Of a stretch of 64,000 nt of DNA, positions 1-9,989 are shown piece after piece. Position numbers and translations under genes: made by a program. The DNA lies in NCBI GenBank assembly GCA_963840035.1, contig CAWIXE010000001.1, positions 32,001-96,000 of the forward strand, in the 5' to 3' direction. The notes under the pieces are model-generated. The model was not told the DNA's origin, searched no databases, and saw nothing but the letters and a program-made list of their open reading frames with translations. Positions within the stretch are counted from its first letter, which is position 1. Every line of letters begins with the position of its first letter. The DNA is from a candidate division FCPU426 bacterium (GTDB taxonomy: Bacteria > Oederibacteriota > PGYV01 > Palsa-1178).

Positions 1-264
1 GCCCATACCGCCAAAGTTGAACTTTGAAAGGGGCAGGTTGTTCCTTCCGCCCATCATTACATTGAAAGCCTTCTGAAGGAAAGAACCGGTTCCGGGCCTG
101 CGCCCTTTTCTTTTTTTCAGGATATTAAGCCCCCAAAATGTAAAAAACAGGTTCACTTCATAATCAAAAGCCTTTCCTCCGCTTGCCAGTACCATTGCAG
201 CGAGTGCCTTGTCAAAATCGCCTGAAAAACAGATGATCGAGAGTTTCTTTGTTTCTTCAGCCAT
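1..264 (-). CDS. DsrE/DsrF/DrsH-like (DrsE_2) sulfur-relay protein, 3' end outside window
   Basis: Manual translation MAEETKKLSIICFSGDFDKALAAMVLASGGKAFDYEVNLFFTFWGL...; FFTFWGL motif; GGAGG RBS upstream of ATG at 264. Confidence 0.85.
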   Translation of the reverse strand, partial: MAEETKKLSIICFSGDFDKALAAMVLASGGKAFDYEVNLFFTFWGLNILKKRKGRRPGTGSFLQKAFNVMMGGRNNLPLSKFNFGGMG

Positions 265-360
265 AAAACACCTCCTATAATAAAGTTTCATCTTCCATTC
301 CCCTCCCCTTATTCATAAGGGGAGGGCCAGGGTGGGGATACTCCCCCGCCTTGCCCTGTT

Positions 361-681
361 CTAAAACGTCACTACCTTATCGCTTTCCTTTATTATCTCA
401 TGCAGGTCTTTCATCGTTGAAAGAGGGCATAGTTCCGTGCCGTTAGACCCGCGCTGTTTCAAGCAGGTACCGCAGGCGTATATCTTTCCGCCCTTTGATA
501 CGAGTTCATTCATCTGTTCCTTTATTTTAAACTTTTCGCTGTCTAACGACTCACACTCCACGCCTTTTGCCAGCAGGAAAACCTTTACCGTATCCCCGTC
601 TTTCAGCGAAAAATTCCCGAGCCTGAATGCGTTCCAGACCGTTTCCGCGTCCGTGGAATAGATGACAATGCCTAATTTCAT
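361..681 (-). CDS. DsrE family protein
   Basis: VFLLAKGVE...ACGTCLKQRG motif. Confidence 0.85.
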   Translation of the reverse strand: MKLGIVIYSTDAETVWNAFRLGNFSLKDGDTVKVFLLAKGVECESLDSEKFKIKEQMNELVSKGGKIYACGTCLKQRGSNGTELCPLSTMKDLHEIIKESDKVVTF

Positions 682-702
682 AACCGCTCCTTTTTAGTTG
701 CT

Positions 703-734
703 TTCGTAGGGGCGAGCCGGCGGCTCGCCCGGCC
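703..734 (+). repeat. GTAG-type REP palindrome
   Basis: TTCGTAGGGGCGAGCCGGCGGCTCGCCCGGCC; near-identical copy at 2865-2896, related copy at 50845-50871. Confidence 0.8.
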
Positions 735-740
735 CTTGAA

Positions 741-1931
741 TCAGACTTTACTTAACGATTCCTTTAACTTCCCGATAAGTTCGTAAACGAACAGCGCGTG
801 CATCCTGTAAAAAACATGCGCCAATTTTGTAAAGGCTATCATGACCACCACCTGCATGGCCGGCGCCACATGTATGATGAATAAAATGTCGGCAAGCTCC
901 TGGTTTACCGGCGGCATGTATACCAGCACCGTGAGTATAAATCCTGTCAGCCCGACAAACCAAAGTGTAAGGATAAGCCACCAGTCCGAAAATGTTGAAT
1001 TCGCGTAATTAACCTCTTTTGCCGCTATCCTTTTGCCTATGATTATTGATGAACCGTATAGCATCATAATCCCGGATATGATTCCCAGCATCCTGATCGG
1101 ATACCATACTGCCACTTTTATGGCGGGGTCCTTGAAGAGGAAATTCAGCGCTGTTGCCGCGAATAATCCCATGAATCCCCATGCGACAGAGCCATGCAGT
1201 ATCCACGGTTTAAGATACCACGGCATTTCCTTTTTTTCCTCATCGCATTCCCTGAAGCGCTTGAAAGCGAACATCTCGTTGATGACCGAGTCAAATGCCG
1301 TCTTAATGAACTGCCATGTGAAGATGGCTGTTTTCTTTTGGTTCTTCCCTTCTTTATAAATGGCAAATATCTTCTGTATCTCCCCGGCGCGCAGGGTTAT
1401 TATCAGCATGCCTGCCAGGAGCGTAATGGCAGCAACTGCCATAACCGCGATTCCGAACCAGTGTATGAATTCATAAGGGATATTGAATATTTCTATTACT
1501 TTTTCGCCTGTCCTTGACTGTATCCTGGCGCCATACATAAAAAGCCCGAACAGGACAGCCATGGCAGTCATAATAATGAAGTTCAAGACCGGGAACTTGT
1601 ATAAAAGCTTTGATATGCCGGTTACATCGGCGTTGGCAATGGCATAGCGCCTGGCAGCGGCCATGAAAGCCCCGGGTTTTGCCTCCCTTGGGCATGTCTT
1701 GGAGCACTCGCCGCAATAATAACACAGCCATGTGCCTTTTGCCGTCAACACGGCTTTTTTATCGCCGATGGCCGCGCGCCTGATTAGATGCCTGGGAAAG
1801 GGAGAGTCAGCCTTAGCCAGCGGGCATACGGCCGTGCAGTTGCCGCAGTTAAAGCAGGCGGTAACGTCAAAAGCGCCGTATTTTTTTATGTCCTTTATAA
1901 GCCCGGGGTTGACTTTAACCATTTTTCTCAT
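741..1931 (-). CDS. QmoC-like protein: HdrC-type 2x[4Fe-4S] domain fused to a heme b (NarI/HdrE-like) membrane domain
   Basis: CFNCGNCTAVCP and CYYCGECSKTCP followed by several TM helices with His residues; FTKLAH motif. Confidence 0.8.
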   Translation of the reverse strand: MRKMVKVNPGLIKDIKKYGAFDVTACFNCGNCTAVCPLAKADSPFPRHLIRRAAIGDKKAVLTAKGTWLCYYCGECSKTCPREAKPGAFMAAARRYAIANADVTGISKLLYKFPVLNFIIMTAMAVLFGLFMYGARIQSRTGEKVIEIFNIPYEFIHWFGIAVMAVAAITLLAGMLIITLRAGEIQKIFAIYKEGKNQKKTAIFTWQFIKTAFDSVINEMFAFKRFRECDEEKKEMPWYLKPWILHGSVAWGFMGLFAATALNFLFKDPAIKVAVWYPIRMLGIISGIMMLYGSSIIIGKRIAAKEVNYANSTFSDWWLILTLWFVGLTGFILTVLVYMPPVNQELADILFIIHVAPAMQVVVMIAFTKLAHVFYRMHALFVYELIGKLKESLSKV

Positions 1932-2196
1932 CCTTCAGCCCGTATTTTTTAAATCCGTCCTCATCGCCTGTTATCACGGCATCCCCGTACTTTCTCATGG
2001 CATTTACGAACCACAGCACATCATGCGCCGCGACTTTTGTAGCGTCAGATATCTCAGGAACGCTTTTCGGCCCTTCTTTCAGGGTCTTCTTTATGGCAGA
2101 GATGGAAGTATTGCAGAACCTGATCCATTCCGTCAGTTCCCTGGGTACGGGGCCGTGCTTCTCTTTGAACTTTTTTATGGCTTCAATGCCTTTCAT
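1915..2196 (-). CDS. small winged-helix-like protein of the Hdr cluster
   Basis: IKKTLKEGPKSVPEIS...VLWFVNAMRKYG; RBS; overlaps the next gene. Confidence 0.65.
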   Translation of the reverse strand: MKGIEAIKKFKEKHGPVPRELTEWIRFCNTSISAIKKTLKEGPKSVPEISDATKVAAHDVLWFVNAMRKYGDAVITGDEDGFKKYGLKDEKNG

Positions 2197-2290
2197 TTAA
2201 TTCTCCTGTGTGAGAATACCTTCTGTTTAGTTCAGGCTACAAAGCCCAGAGCCCAAATCTTCCTTGAGCTATGAACTTTGGGCTCTGGGC

Positions 2291-4348
2291 TCAACTTTTG
2301 ACTATCTCATCAACCACTTTTTCGAATTGAGAAATCTCATACCCCTGCACGTCAATAGCCCTTTCAGGGCACACAGCCACGCAGTTTCCGCACGAGATGC
2401 ACAGCATTGGGTTGACTTCCGCTTTTTTAATGGCTTCATTTATATATATGGCGCCTTTGGCGGGGCATACTTTCACGCACTCGCCGTGGCATTTGCATTT
2501 TTCCTTATCAACAACCGCTATGTATGGCTCCAGTTGGACGCTTCCCGCTTCAAGTATGGACGCGGCCTTTACCGCGGCAGCGCCGGCTACGGCGGTTGTT
2601 TCCGCGGTATCAAATGGCGCCTGGCATGTGCCTGCCAGGAATATCCCTCCGATGGCTGTTTCCACCGGCCTTAATTTCGGATGTACTTCCTGCAGGAACC
2701 TGTCTGCTGAAAGCGGCATCTTGAACTTATCCGCGATTGCTCCGGGATTTCCGGGCATCATGCCCGTTGCCAGTACCAGCAGGTCCATCTCCACTTCAAT
2801 TTCCTCACCGCCGGTCAAAAGGTCTTTCATCTTTACTATTACTTTTTTATCAGACTGTTCTGCCTTCGTAGGGGCGAGCCGGTGGCTCGCCCGGCCTTCA
2901 ATTTTTTTCACATCAACCAGCGTCACTTCAGGCAGTTCAGTCGGGCTGTACCTGAAAAACGTAACGCCATTCCTTGATGCCTTATCATAATATTTCAGTT
3001 CCGTATCCCTTGCATATGTCCTTATGTCCTGGTAAAAGCTGTATATGTCTATATCCTTATATCTCTCTTTTAATTCATTCTCAGCCTGCAGGGTTGCAGT
3101 GCAGCACACGCGCGAGCAGTGCGCGTTTAAGCGCCTCTCCGGCCCGGGCCTTTTTGCGCCTTCCAATTCCCTGGACCCGACGCAATGCATGAACCCTATT
3201 GACCTTACTTTCCTGCCGTTAATTTCAACTTTTCCGGCAGTGGGCCCTTCCTTATCAAGCATCCTGATGAGCTGCGGCAGTGTTATAACGTTCTTCGCGC
3301 CGTAGCCAAATTCCGTTTCAGCCGGTTCATAATGCGTGTATCCCGTAGCCACAACGGCCACTCCCGCATCAACATCAATTATTTCTTCCTTCTTTTCCAG
3401 GTCTATCTTTCCCTTAACCGCTTCCGCGCATTTTCCGCATTTATCGCATTTTGCCCAGTCAATAGCAGGCAGGTTCGGGTAAGCTGTTTTATATGGCATG
3501 TAAATGGCTTTTCTTTTGCTTATGCCATAATTGAACTCATCCCTTACTTCCACAGGGCACGCGGCCGCGGCCGCCTTAAACTCAGCCTCGGACATCATGG
3601 CTGTGACCCCCCGCGATACCTGCCTTAACTTTACCTTGAAATTACCTATGCCGCCGCCCGCGTCTATTACTTCGGTATTTGTAAGCAGGCGCACATTCTC
3701 ATTATTTTCTATGAGTTCATTGAGTTTGCCTATCACTTCCCTGGCGTCTTCCTCTGTCGGGTAAAGTTTGTCCGCCTTTGAGGCGTTGCCGCCCGTGAAC
3801 GGTGTTTTTTCTATGAGAAATACTTTGCTCCCGCGCCGGGCCATGTCGGATGCGGCGCGCAGTCCCGCCGGTCCCGCGCCTATTACTATTCCTGAAGGAA
3901 GCGATTTTATCTCTATCATGTCAAGCGGTTTGGCGAGCTTGACTTTCTCCACAGCCCCCCTTGTGAGCCTTATGGCCTTTTCAGTGGCGCCTTCGTGGTC
4001 CATCTTGTGAACCCAGCTGGCCTGTTCCCTGATATTTACCTGTTCAAGGAGGAACTGGTTTAACCCGCCTGCGATTAACGCCCTCCTGAAAGTAAGCTCA
4101 TGTAGCCTTGGTGAGCATGCCGCCACTACCACGCGGTTAATCTTGCCTTCTTTTATGGCGTCCTTTATCTTCTGCTGTCCGGGGTCTGAGCACATGAATA
4201 TATAATCCGTGGATAGGGTTACTCCCGGTATTTTTCCGATCTCCTCGGCGACACGCTTGACGTCAATGACATCGGATATGTTGCCGCCGCAGTGGCAGAC
4301 GTAGACTCCTACTCTGGGCGAATCTGCTTTCGTTTCTGTATCGGTCAT
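2291..4348 (-). CDS. hdrA: HdrA/QmoB-like flavin/Fe-S protein
   Basis: GVYVCHCGGNI, VVAACSP, GAGPAG FAD site, CSRVCC, C-terminal ferredoxin; start placed at the RBS-preceded ATG 4348. Confidence 0.9.
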   Translation of the reverse strand: MTDTETKADSPRVGVYVCHCGGNISDVIDVKRVAEEIGKIPGVTLSTDYIFMCSDPGQQKIKDAIKEGKINRVVVAACSPRLHELTFRRALIAGGLNQFLLEQVNIREQASWVHKMDHEGATEKAIRLTRGAVEKVKLAKPLDMIEIKSLPSGIVIGAGPAGLRAASDMARRGSKVFLIEKTPFTGGNASKADKLYPTEEDAREVIGKLNELIENNENVRLLTNTEVIDAGGGIGNFKVKLRQVSRGVTAMMSEAEFKAAAAACPVEVRDEFNYGISKRKAIYMPYKTAYPNLPAIDWAKCDKCGKCAEAVKGKIDLEKKEEIIDVDAGVAVVATGYTHYEPAETEFGYGAKNVITLPQLIRMLDKEGPTAGKVEINGRKVRSIGFMHCVGSRELEGAKRPGPERRLNAHCSRVCCTATLQAENELKERYKDIDIYSFYQDIRTYARDTELKYYDKASRNGVTFFRYSPTELPEVTLVDVKKIEGRASHRLAPTKAEQSDKKVIVKMKDLLTGGEEIEVEMDLLVLATGMMPGNPGAIADKFKMPLSADRFLQEVHPKLRPVETAIGGIFLAGTCQAPFDTAETTAVAGAAAVKAASILEAGSVQLEPYIAVVDKEKCKCHGECVKVCPAKGAIYINEAIKKAEVNPMLCISCGNCVAVCPERAIDVQGYEISQFEKVVDEIVKS
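2865..2896 (+). repeat. REP palindrome inside the hdrA coding sequence
   Basis: 31 of 32 nt identical to the intergenic copy at 703-734. Confidence 0.8.
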
Positions 4349-4405
4349 GCTATACACCTTTCGATTGTAGCCACAAATCCCAAAGCCCATAGCCCAAGGA
4401 AATAC

Positions 4406-5710
4406 TCACCCTTGAGCTTTGGGCTCTGTTCTCTGGGCTTTGCTTGTGTAATTCGCTGCGTTCATCGCGGCCGCTCCTGCTTCCGCTATGGTGTCCACTA
4501 TGTCCTTGGGCCCGCCTGCGACCCCTGCGAAATATATGCCTTCCACATTTGTGGCCGTGGGGTCGTACTTCATCTTTTCCTGTTTTATAAATCCATATTC
4601 ATCAACCGTCACGTCCGATATCTTTGATGGGTTCATTTCCGGCAATATGCCGTTTGCCATTATGACAAGGTCGTGCTTTACGGCAACCGGCGCGCCTGTC
4701 GTCTCTATCTCTTCGATTTTCATTTCAATATTGCCTTCCGCGTCTTCAGCCATCTTGGCTACCTTCGCCTTTACGAACTTTATGCCCATTGCCTCGGCAT
4801 TCCTGTAAAACTGCTCATAGCCTTTGCCGAAAGCCCTGATGTCCATGTAGTAAAGGGTAATATCGCATAATGGCAGCGCGCCTGATAAAAGCATGGCCTG
4901 CTTTATGGAATACATGCAGCACACGCGCGAGCAGTAGGGCATGTTAAGCGACTTGTCCCTGGAATGGGCGCATAGTACAAAAGCCACATTTTCAGGGGCC
5001 TTGCCGTCAGAAGGCCTCATGACTGAACCAAACGGGCCGCTCGGCGCCAGTAGCCTTTCCATCTGGAAAGCCGTAATGATGTTTTTCTGGGTCCCGTCCG
5101 AGTATTCCTTCTTTGTATTTATATCCGTGAGTTTAAATCCCGGGGCCATAATAACTGACCCGGCATTAACTGTAATTTCTTCCGGTTCCTGGTCAAAATT
5201 AATGGATTTGGGTTCTGTGGGGCAAACGTCGTAGCATTTGCCGCACTGCATGCATGTCTTGGAATCGAGTACAGCCACCTGCGGTATGGCTGTTGTAAAC
5301 GGGATGCATACGGCCTTGCGCGCGCCGGTCCCGCGTTCAAACTCATGCTTAACATATACAGGGCATACTTCCTCGCATTTTTTGCAGCCTATGCAGTATT
5401 TTTCATCCACATATCGCGGCTTTTTAAGAATCTTAACCGCAAACTCATCGCCCTCCTTTTTTACCCCGATTACCTCCGCGTAGGTCATGATGTCGATATT
5501 ATCGTTATGTGAAGCTTCAGACATTTTAGGTGTTGTAATGCATGACGAACAGTCAAGCGTGGGGAATACTTTTGAAAGGGCTATCATGTTCCCGCCTATG
5601 GAGGCTTCCTTTTCCACGAGCAGGACCTTATACCCCTGGCTTGCCAGGTTAAGGGCCGATTCCATGCCCGCGATGCCGGCGCCCACGACTATTGAATGAT
5701 ATTTTTTCAT
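4406..5710 (-). CDS. hdrA: HdrA/QmoA-like flavoprotein with inserted ferredoxin domain
   Basis: VGAGIAG, KVFPTLDCSSCI, two CxxCxxCxxxCP motifs, CSRVCCMY, GPKDI. Confidence 0.9.
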   Translation of the reverse strand: MKKYHSIVVGAGIAGMESALNLASQGYKVLLVEKEASIGGNMIALSKVFPTLDCSSCITTPKMSEASHNDNIDIMTYAEVIGVKKEGDEFAVKILKKPRYVDEKYCIGCKKCEEVCPVYVKHEFERGTGARKAVCIPFTTAIPQVAVLDSKTCMQCGKCYDVCPTEPKSINFDQEPEEITVNAGSVIMAPGFKLTDINTKKEYSDGTQKNIITAFQMERLLAPSGPFGSVMRPSDGKAPENVAFVLCAHSRDKSLNMPYCSRVCCMYSIKQAMLLSGALPLCDITLYYMDIRAFGKGYEQFYRNAEAMGIKFVKAKVAKMAEDAEGNIEMKIEEIETTGAPVAVKHDLVIMANGILPEMNPSKISDVTVDEYGFIKQEKMKYDPTATNVEGIYFAGVAGGPKDIVDTIAEAGAAAMNAANYTSKAQRTEPKAQG

Positions 5711-6129
5711 AAACGGCCTTCCTGCTTTTCTTTTGTGATGAAATCCGACATGTTGTTTATCTCTTTTAAAAGCGCGTTGGTACAAACGGAGCATATGGCG
5801 GTAAGCCGCAGCCTTTTTACGCTTATCTTTTTTTCTGTAAGTATGGCGTGCGCTTTTTTCACGTTATCCGACAGCTGTTTGTAGGAGTCTTCAATGGGAC
5901 AGTCAGCCCCGGCTGCCGCGATTATGATGCCGTCTATGCCTTTTTCAAGGGAATCTATATAAAAGTAAGGCGGAAAAATCCCGGGATAAAGGGCTTTTAT
6001 TACATATACCCCGGCAGGGTAATTCAGATGCAGCTGTCCCAGCGCGTCAGTGGCAAGGTAGGAACTGCGCGCCATGGTTATAAGCAGGATCTTCACTTTG
6101 GGTGCTGTTTTTACAGTGGTTGCTTCCAA
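5707..6129 (-). CDS. divergent MvhD/FlpD-like subunit
   Basis: SY.ATDALG..YP, GIDGII, RLRL pattern of MvhD; most canonical Cys absent; TTG start with GGAG RBS. Confidence 0.7.
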   Translation of the reverse strand: MEATTVKTAPKVKILLITMARSSYLATDALGQLHLNYPAGVYVIKALYPGIFPPYFYIDSLEKGIDGIIIAAAGADCPIEDSYKQLSDNVKKAHAILTEKKISVKRLRLTAICSVCTNALLKEINNMSDFITKEKQEGRL

Positions 6130-6246
6130 TTCTTATCTCCGTTTATCACAAATCCCAAATCACATATCCCAAATTGGGCCTAAAATCAATCGTAAACCAC
6201 AATTCCCGTTTTCCTTTGGGATTTGTGATATGGGATTTGTGATTGA

Positions 6247-6501
6247 TTACTTCAGCCTTTTTACAAAGATCCTGTCATAAGACGGGTCTTCTACCACACC
6301 TAAGCATTCATGGCCGACTTTAGCCGACCATGCCGGTATGTCTTTTTTCGTGCCTGAGTCGTTGGAGAGTATCTCGATTATCTGGCCGACCGAAACCGCG
6401 CCGATGCCTTTCTTTGCCTCTAAAAGCGGCCCCGGGCACGAAGAACCCCTTGCATCCACAATTTTGTCAGCCTTAATTGCTTTTAACTCGTCCTGTGTCA
6501 T
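6247..6501 (-). CDS. tusA: TusA family sulfur carrier
   Basis: VDARGSSCPGP motif. Confidence 0.9.
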   Translation of the reverse strand: MTQDELKAIKADKIVDARGSSCPGPLLEAKKGIGAVSVGQIIEILSNDSGTKKDIPAWSAKVGHECLGVVEDPSYDRIFVKRLK

Positions 6502-6544
6502 GGTATTCCCTCCATATTTAATTTTATGCCTGCCCGCCGAAGCT

Positions 6545-6871
6545 TCAGCGAAGGCGGGTTATTACGCTGTGTTTTTTATTTACGATATTTATTACCGCTT
6601 CCTGCATAAGGCTGCATGCCTGGTTTATTTTTTTATCAGCGAGGTTGTAGTATGCATTTACCCCCTGGCGCCTTGATATGACCGCGCCTTTGCCGGTTAA
6701 GACCGACATGTGTTGTGAAAGGTTTGCCTTGGAAAGCCCTGTTTCTTTTAAAAGTTCCGCCGCCGACATTTCCTTCTGGCAGAGAAGTTTTACGATATGC
6801 ATCCTGTAGGGGTTTGAAAAGGTCTTACACATGTCCGACTGCATCCTGATAATGTCTTTGTTTATCGTCAT
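6545..6871 (-). CDS. ArsR/SmtB family regulator
   Basis: FSNPYRMHIV...LSQHMSVL...SRRQG..YYNL; Cys near both ends, as in persulfide-sensing BigR/SqrR types. Confidence 0.9.
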   Translation of the reverse strand: MTINKDIIRMQSDMCKTFSNPYRMHIVKLLCQKEMSAAELLKETGLSKANLSQHMSVLTGKGAVISRRQGVNAYYNLADKKINQACSLMQEAVINIVNKKHSVITRLR

Positions 6872-6888
6872 TGCGTGCTCCCTGTTTC

Positions 6889-6946
6889 AGAGTTTAGAAG
6901 TTGCTTAACTCATATACAATATAGCAACGGATAAACGGATTGTCAA
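6889..6946 (-). promoter_or_regulatory. sigma70 promoter with probable ArsR operator
   Basis: TTGACA-N17-TATATT (6946-6918); imperfect palindrome GAGTTTAG..CTTAACTC downstream. Confidence 0.6.
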
Positions 6947-7055
6947 GTGCTTTTTTTCACACCAAATACACTAAAAGTAAAGGTATTTGGATTTTTTGTT
7001 TTCCTTTATTCAACTTAAATGCCGGTAAGAATTAATACCAAGTTACCCGGCATCT

Positions 7056-8091
7056 TTAATACTGTATCATTATCAAGGAAAAAAATGTAATCAGTAATAA
7101 TGTTCCGGTTAATAGCCCATATTTTGCCCATTCACCACTTTTGATATTTAGCTTGTTTGCGCAAATTATATTAGGGATATTTCCGGGAATCAGCATCCCG
7201 CCTGAAATTATCAGGCCAAGTACGGCTGACTTGATTTGTATCATTGACATTGCAGGGCTGATTTCCGCCGCTGCCAGCGTGGCATTATCAAGCACCGCGG
7301 ATATGATATTTACCCAGTAAAGAATGTAATGCGGCATAGTAATAATATATGCCTCCACCAGCGGCTTAAATCCCGTCCCAAGAAACACCAACCCGGCCAC
7401 AAAAATGTAAACCTTAAACCCCCTTACAAGCACTGACCTGAAATTTTCTTTTCTGTCCTCTTTTAACCCGGCACCAACCGCAGCCCCGACACCTGTTAAT
7501 AAAGCAGCTATTGCCCCAAGCGCAATAACCGCCGGGGTTATATACATCCAAAAGTTCCTCATTAGAAAGAAAAAATCAGCATTATAGGGCTGCCCCTGCA
7601 GTTTTGAGATAACAATTGTGGATAACGGCTCGCCAATGGGCGTCAAAGCCGCTCCGAGCCCTATTGAAAAACAGGAAATAACGACAATTTTTACCTCTTT
7701 TTTTCTCGGGAGCTTCAGATGTGACATAATTTCTGAGAAGCAGAAGGGCGGCAATAATGGCTGTAATCACGCTTGATAAAAACCCGATTAAAATAACCAT
7801 TATAAAAATAAACCAGGCTGTCCCTGTCTTCTTTGATACTGTTCTTACCAATCCTGCAATTTTTCCGCTAAAAACCTCAAAAAGTATCCCTGCAACAAGC
7901 ACCGCGGCGGTTATCTTTAACGGCTCCATCGCTGCCTCGGCGGCCGCGTGGCCTGTCCATTCCCCGCTTATGGTCATGGCCAGCAGGCCTGCCATAAACA
8001 GGAAATACTCAATTTCTTTTTCCACCGGCTTTACGAAAAAAGGTAAAAAAAGTATCAGTAATAAAAGCACCCCGAGCATCAAATGAGCCAT
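7056..8091 (-). pseudogene. DUF1646 family membrane protein (cation transporter-like), frameshifted
   Basis: N-half in ORF 7582-8091 (to ITAIIAALLL) continues in another frame (SEIM...GLGAALTPIGEPLST, DNATLAAAEI, GGMLIPGNIPN); one extra base near 7737. Confidence 0.75.
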
Positions 8092-8113
8092 TATCTGTCT
8101 CCCCCGAAATAAC

Positions 8114-9325
8114 TTAAAAGTATACTATATCCTCATTATGATAGAGCGAAAGGAACAGCAGTATGTATTCCTTAATATGCCGTGTAATAAGGAAGTTGTT
8201 CCTTACGTGTTCCCTGCCGTTTTCCCCCAGCTTTTTCGCGTATTCCGGGTTGTTTAACAGCTGCTTAAGCGCGAATGCGGCGCCGTCTATGGAGTGGCAA
8301 AGCATCCCCGAGAACTTATGCGCGACCTGCTGCGGTATACCTCCGACAGCCGAAGCCACAACAGGTTTTCCTTTCCACAAAGCCTCTGAAACGGTCAGCC
8401 CAAAGCCTTCCTTTAAGGATTTTTGGATGATAACGGTAGACGCCCTCTGTATGGCGTTAATGCCGGTCTCATCATGCGGCATAAGAAGCACTATTATATC
8501 CTTGTCGCTCTTAGCGTATTCCCTAACTTCATCCAGGACTTTAATCCCTTCAGGGTCATCGCTCGCTCCTCCGCCCGCCAGAAGAAGCCTGCAGTCTATG
8601 TTCTTTTTTACTTTTTTATAAGCCTCAATGACACCCACCGGGTCCTTTAGCCTGTCAAACCTGGATATCTGTGTTATTAGTGGTTTGTCAAGGGGAATTG
8701 AATACTTTTTCATGACAGAATTTATTTCTTCCTTTGTCATTTCCCTGTTCTTCTCGCTCAAAGGGTCTATGGAAGGCGCTATTAAAAACTGGCGGATATT
8801 CATCTGCCTTGTAAAAGAAGGCGATGAAAAGACTGCGGAGTCGTATTTTGGTATGAACTGCATGAGAAAATCCCATACCGCCTTGTCAGGATTAGACGCG
8901 TCTATATGGCAGCGCCACAGCCATTTGTTTTCCGTTTTCTTTTCCACCAGCGCTATGGGCTGCGGGTCATGGATAAAGACTATATCGCCGTATATTTTCA
9001 TGGACTCTATGTTCATCCTGCTTGTCTCCATGAACACCTCAAAATCCTCACGTGTAAGGTTTTCCTTTGTCCCATGTATGGCGTTATGGAACTTTTTTGT
9101 GACATCATAAAATTTTTCCCCGCCTTTTATTACGTCCCAGCCGGCGTCCACGCCAAGCTGGTTTAAAAGAGGAATCATCCTGTTAAGTATCTCGGCCACC
9201 CCGCCGCCGACTGCCGTGGAGTTGACATTCTGTATCTTTTTCCCCTTTAACTTGTCCGCAATCCTCTTCAGGTCATCTATGGTTCCCTGTCCCACAACCC
9301 CTGTGTAATCCTCTATCTTCATCAT
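8114..9325 (-). CDS. treT: TreT-type trehalose synthase (GT4 glycosyltransferase)
   Basis: NSTAVGGGVAEIL, IHDPQP, WRCHID, SRFDRLKDP, EGFGLTVSEALWK. Confidence 0.85.
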   Translation of the reverse strand: MMKIEDYTGVVGQGTIDDLKRIADKLKGKKIQNVNSTAVGGGVAEILNRMIPLLNQLGVDAGWDVIKGGEKFYDVTKKFHNAIHGTKENLTREDFEVFMETSRMNIESMKIYGDIVFIHDPQPIALVEKKTENKWLWRCHIDASNPDKAVWDFLMQFIPKYDSAVFSSPSFTRQMNIRQFLIAPSIDPLSEKNREMTKEEINSVMKKYSIPLDKPLITQISRFDRLKDPVGVIEAYKKVKKNIDCRLLLAGGGASDDPEGIKVLDEVREYAKSDKDIIVLLMPHDETGINAIQRASTVIIQKSLKEGFGLTVSEALWKGKPVVASAVGGIPQQVAHKFSGMLCHSIDGAAFALKQLLNNPEYAKKLGENGREHVRNNFLITRHIKEYILLFLSLYHNEDIVYF

Positions 9326-9987
9326 TATACGGCCCTCCTGATTGCCCTGACAATTGCGCTCCTTAGTTCCTCTATGGTGTATGTATACGGGTCCATGTTG
9401 TGTATCTCTCCGGCAAGCTTTTCATTCCCGGTGTTTTCCTCAAGCCAGGCTGAAATGTCGTTTGTCTTTTTTTCAAGCCTTAACCTTGATTCAAAAACAT
9501 GGAAATATATTGAATCCGCCGTAACCCTTTCCAGCATATCTGCCATCTCCGCCGTGGTCCGCGCCTCAAAATCCGTCGGTATTACAAAACTTACACTTTT
9601 TAAAAAATAAAATTCATAACCGGGGTTCACGCACCTTGAAGAACGCTCCGGGAATTCAGCTGAAAATAGTGCAACCACCTTTATGATTTCATTCCTCAAT
9701 TCGTGTATGGATGAAAATTCGATGGTATTGATGCTTGAAAGCCTTTCCGCAAGCGCCTCTTCATTAAGCGCGCTGTTTACCCAGTACGCGAAATCGTTCG
9801 GCGGCTCAGGGGAGAGGTGCTGGTGCTGCTGAAGGTACCTGTGCGTATGGTGGTAAATTGACGACCCGGGCACATAATCCAGTATCTTGAGCATTTCATT
9901 TATGCTTTCGGCTTTTAGCCCAGTTAATTCTGTGAGGTGTAGCCTTGTATAGAATCGGAATGGTTTAATTTTCGTAACATCCGGCAT
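9325..9987 (-). CDS. DUF5752 family protein
   Basis: SIYHHTH..NDFAYWV internal repeat; typical TreT neighbour. Confidence 0.75.
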   Translation of the reverse strand: MPDVTKIKPFRFYTRLHLTELTGLKAESINEMLKILDYVPGSSIYHHTHRYLQQHQHLSPEPPNDFAYWVNSALNEEALAERLSSINTIEFSSIHELRNEIIKVVALFSAEFPERSSRCVNPGYEFYFLKSVSFVIPTDFEARTTAEMADMLERVTADSIYFHVFESRLRLEKKTNDISAWLEENTGNEKLAGEIHNMDPYTYTIEELRSAIVRAIRRAV

Positions 9988-9989
9988 GG

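Noticed and set aside
2291..6129. Selenocysteine recoding in HdrA/MvhD
   Set aside because: No in-frame TGA; the missing Cys positions are ordinary sense codons
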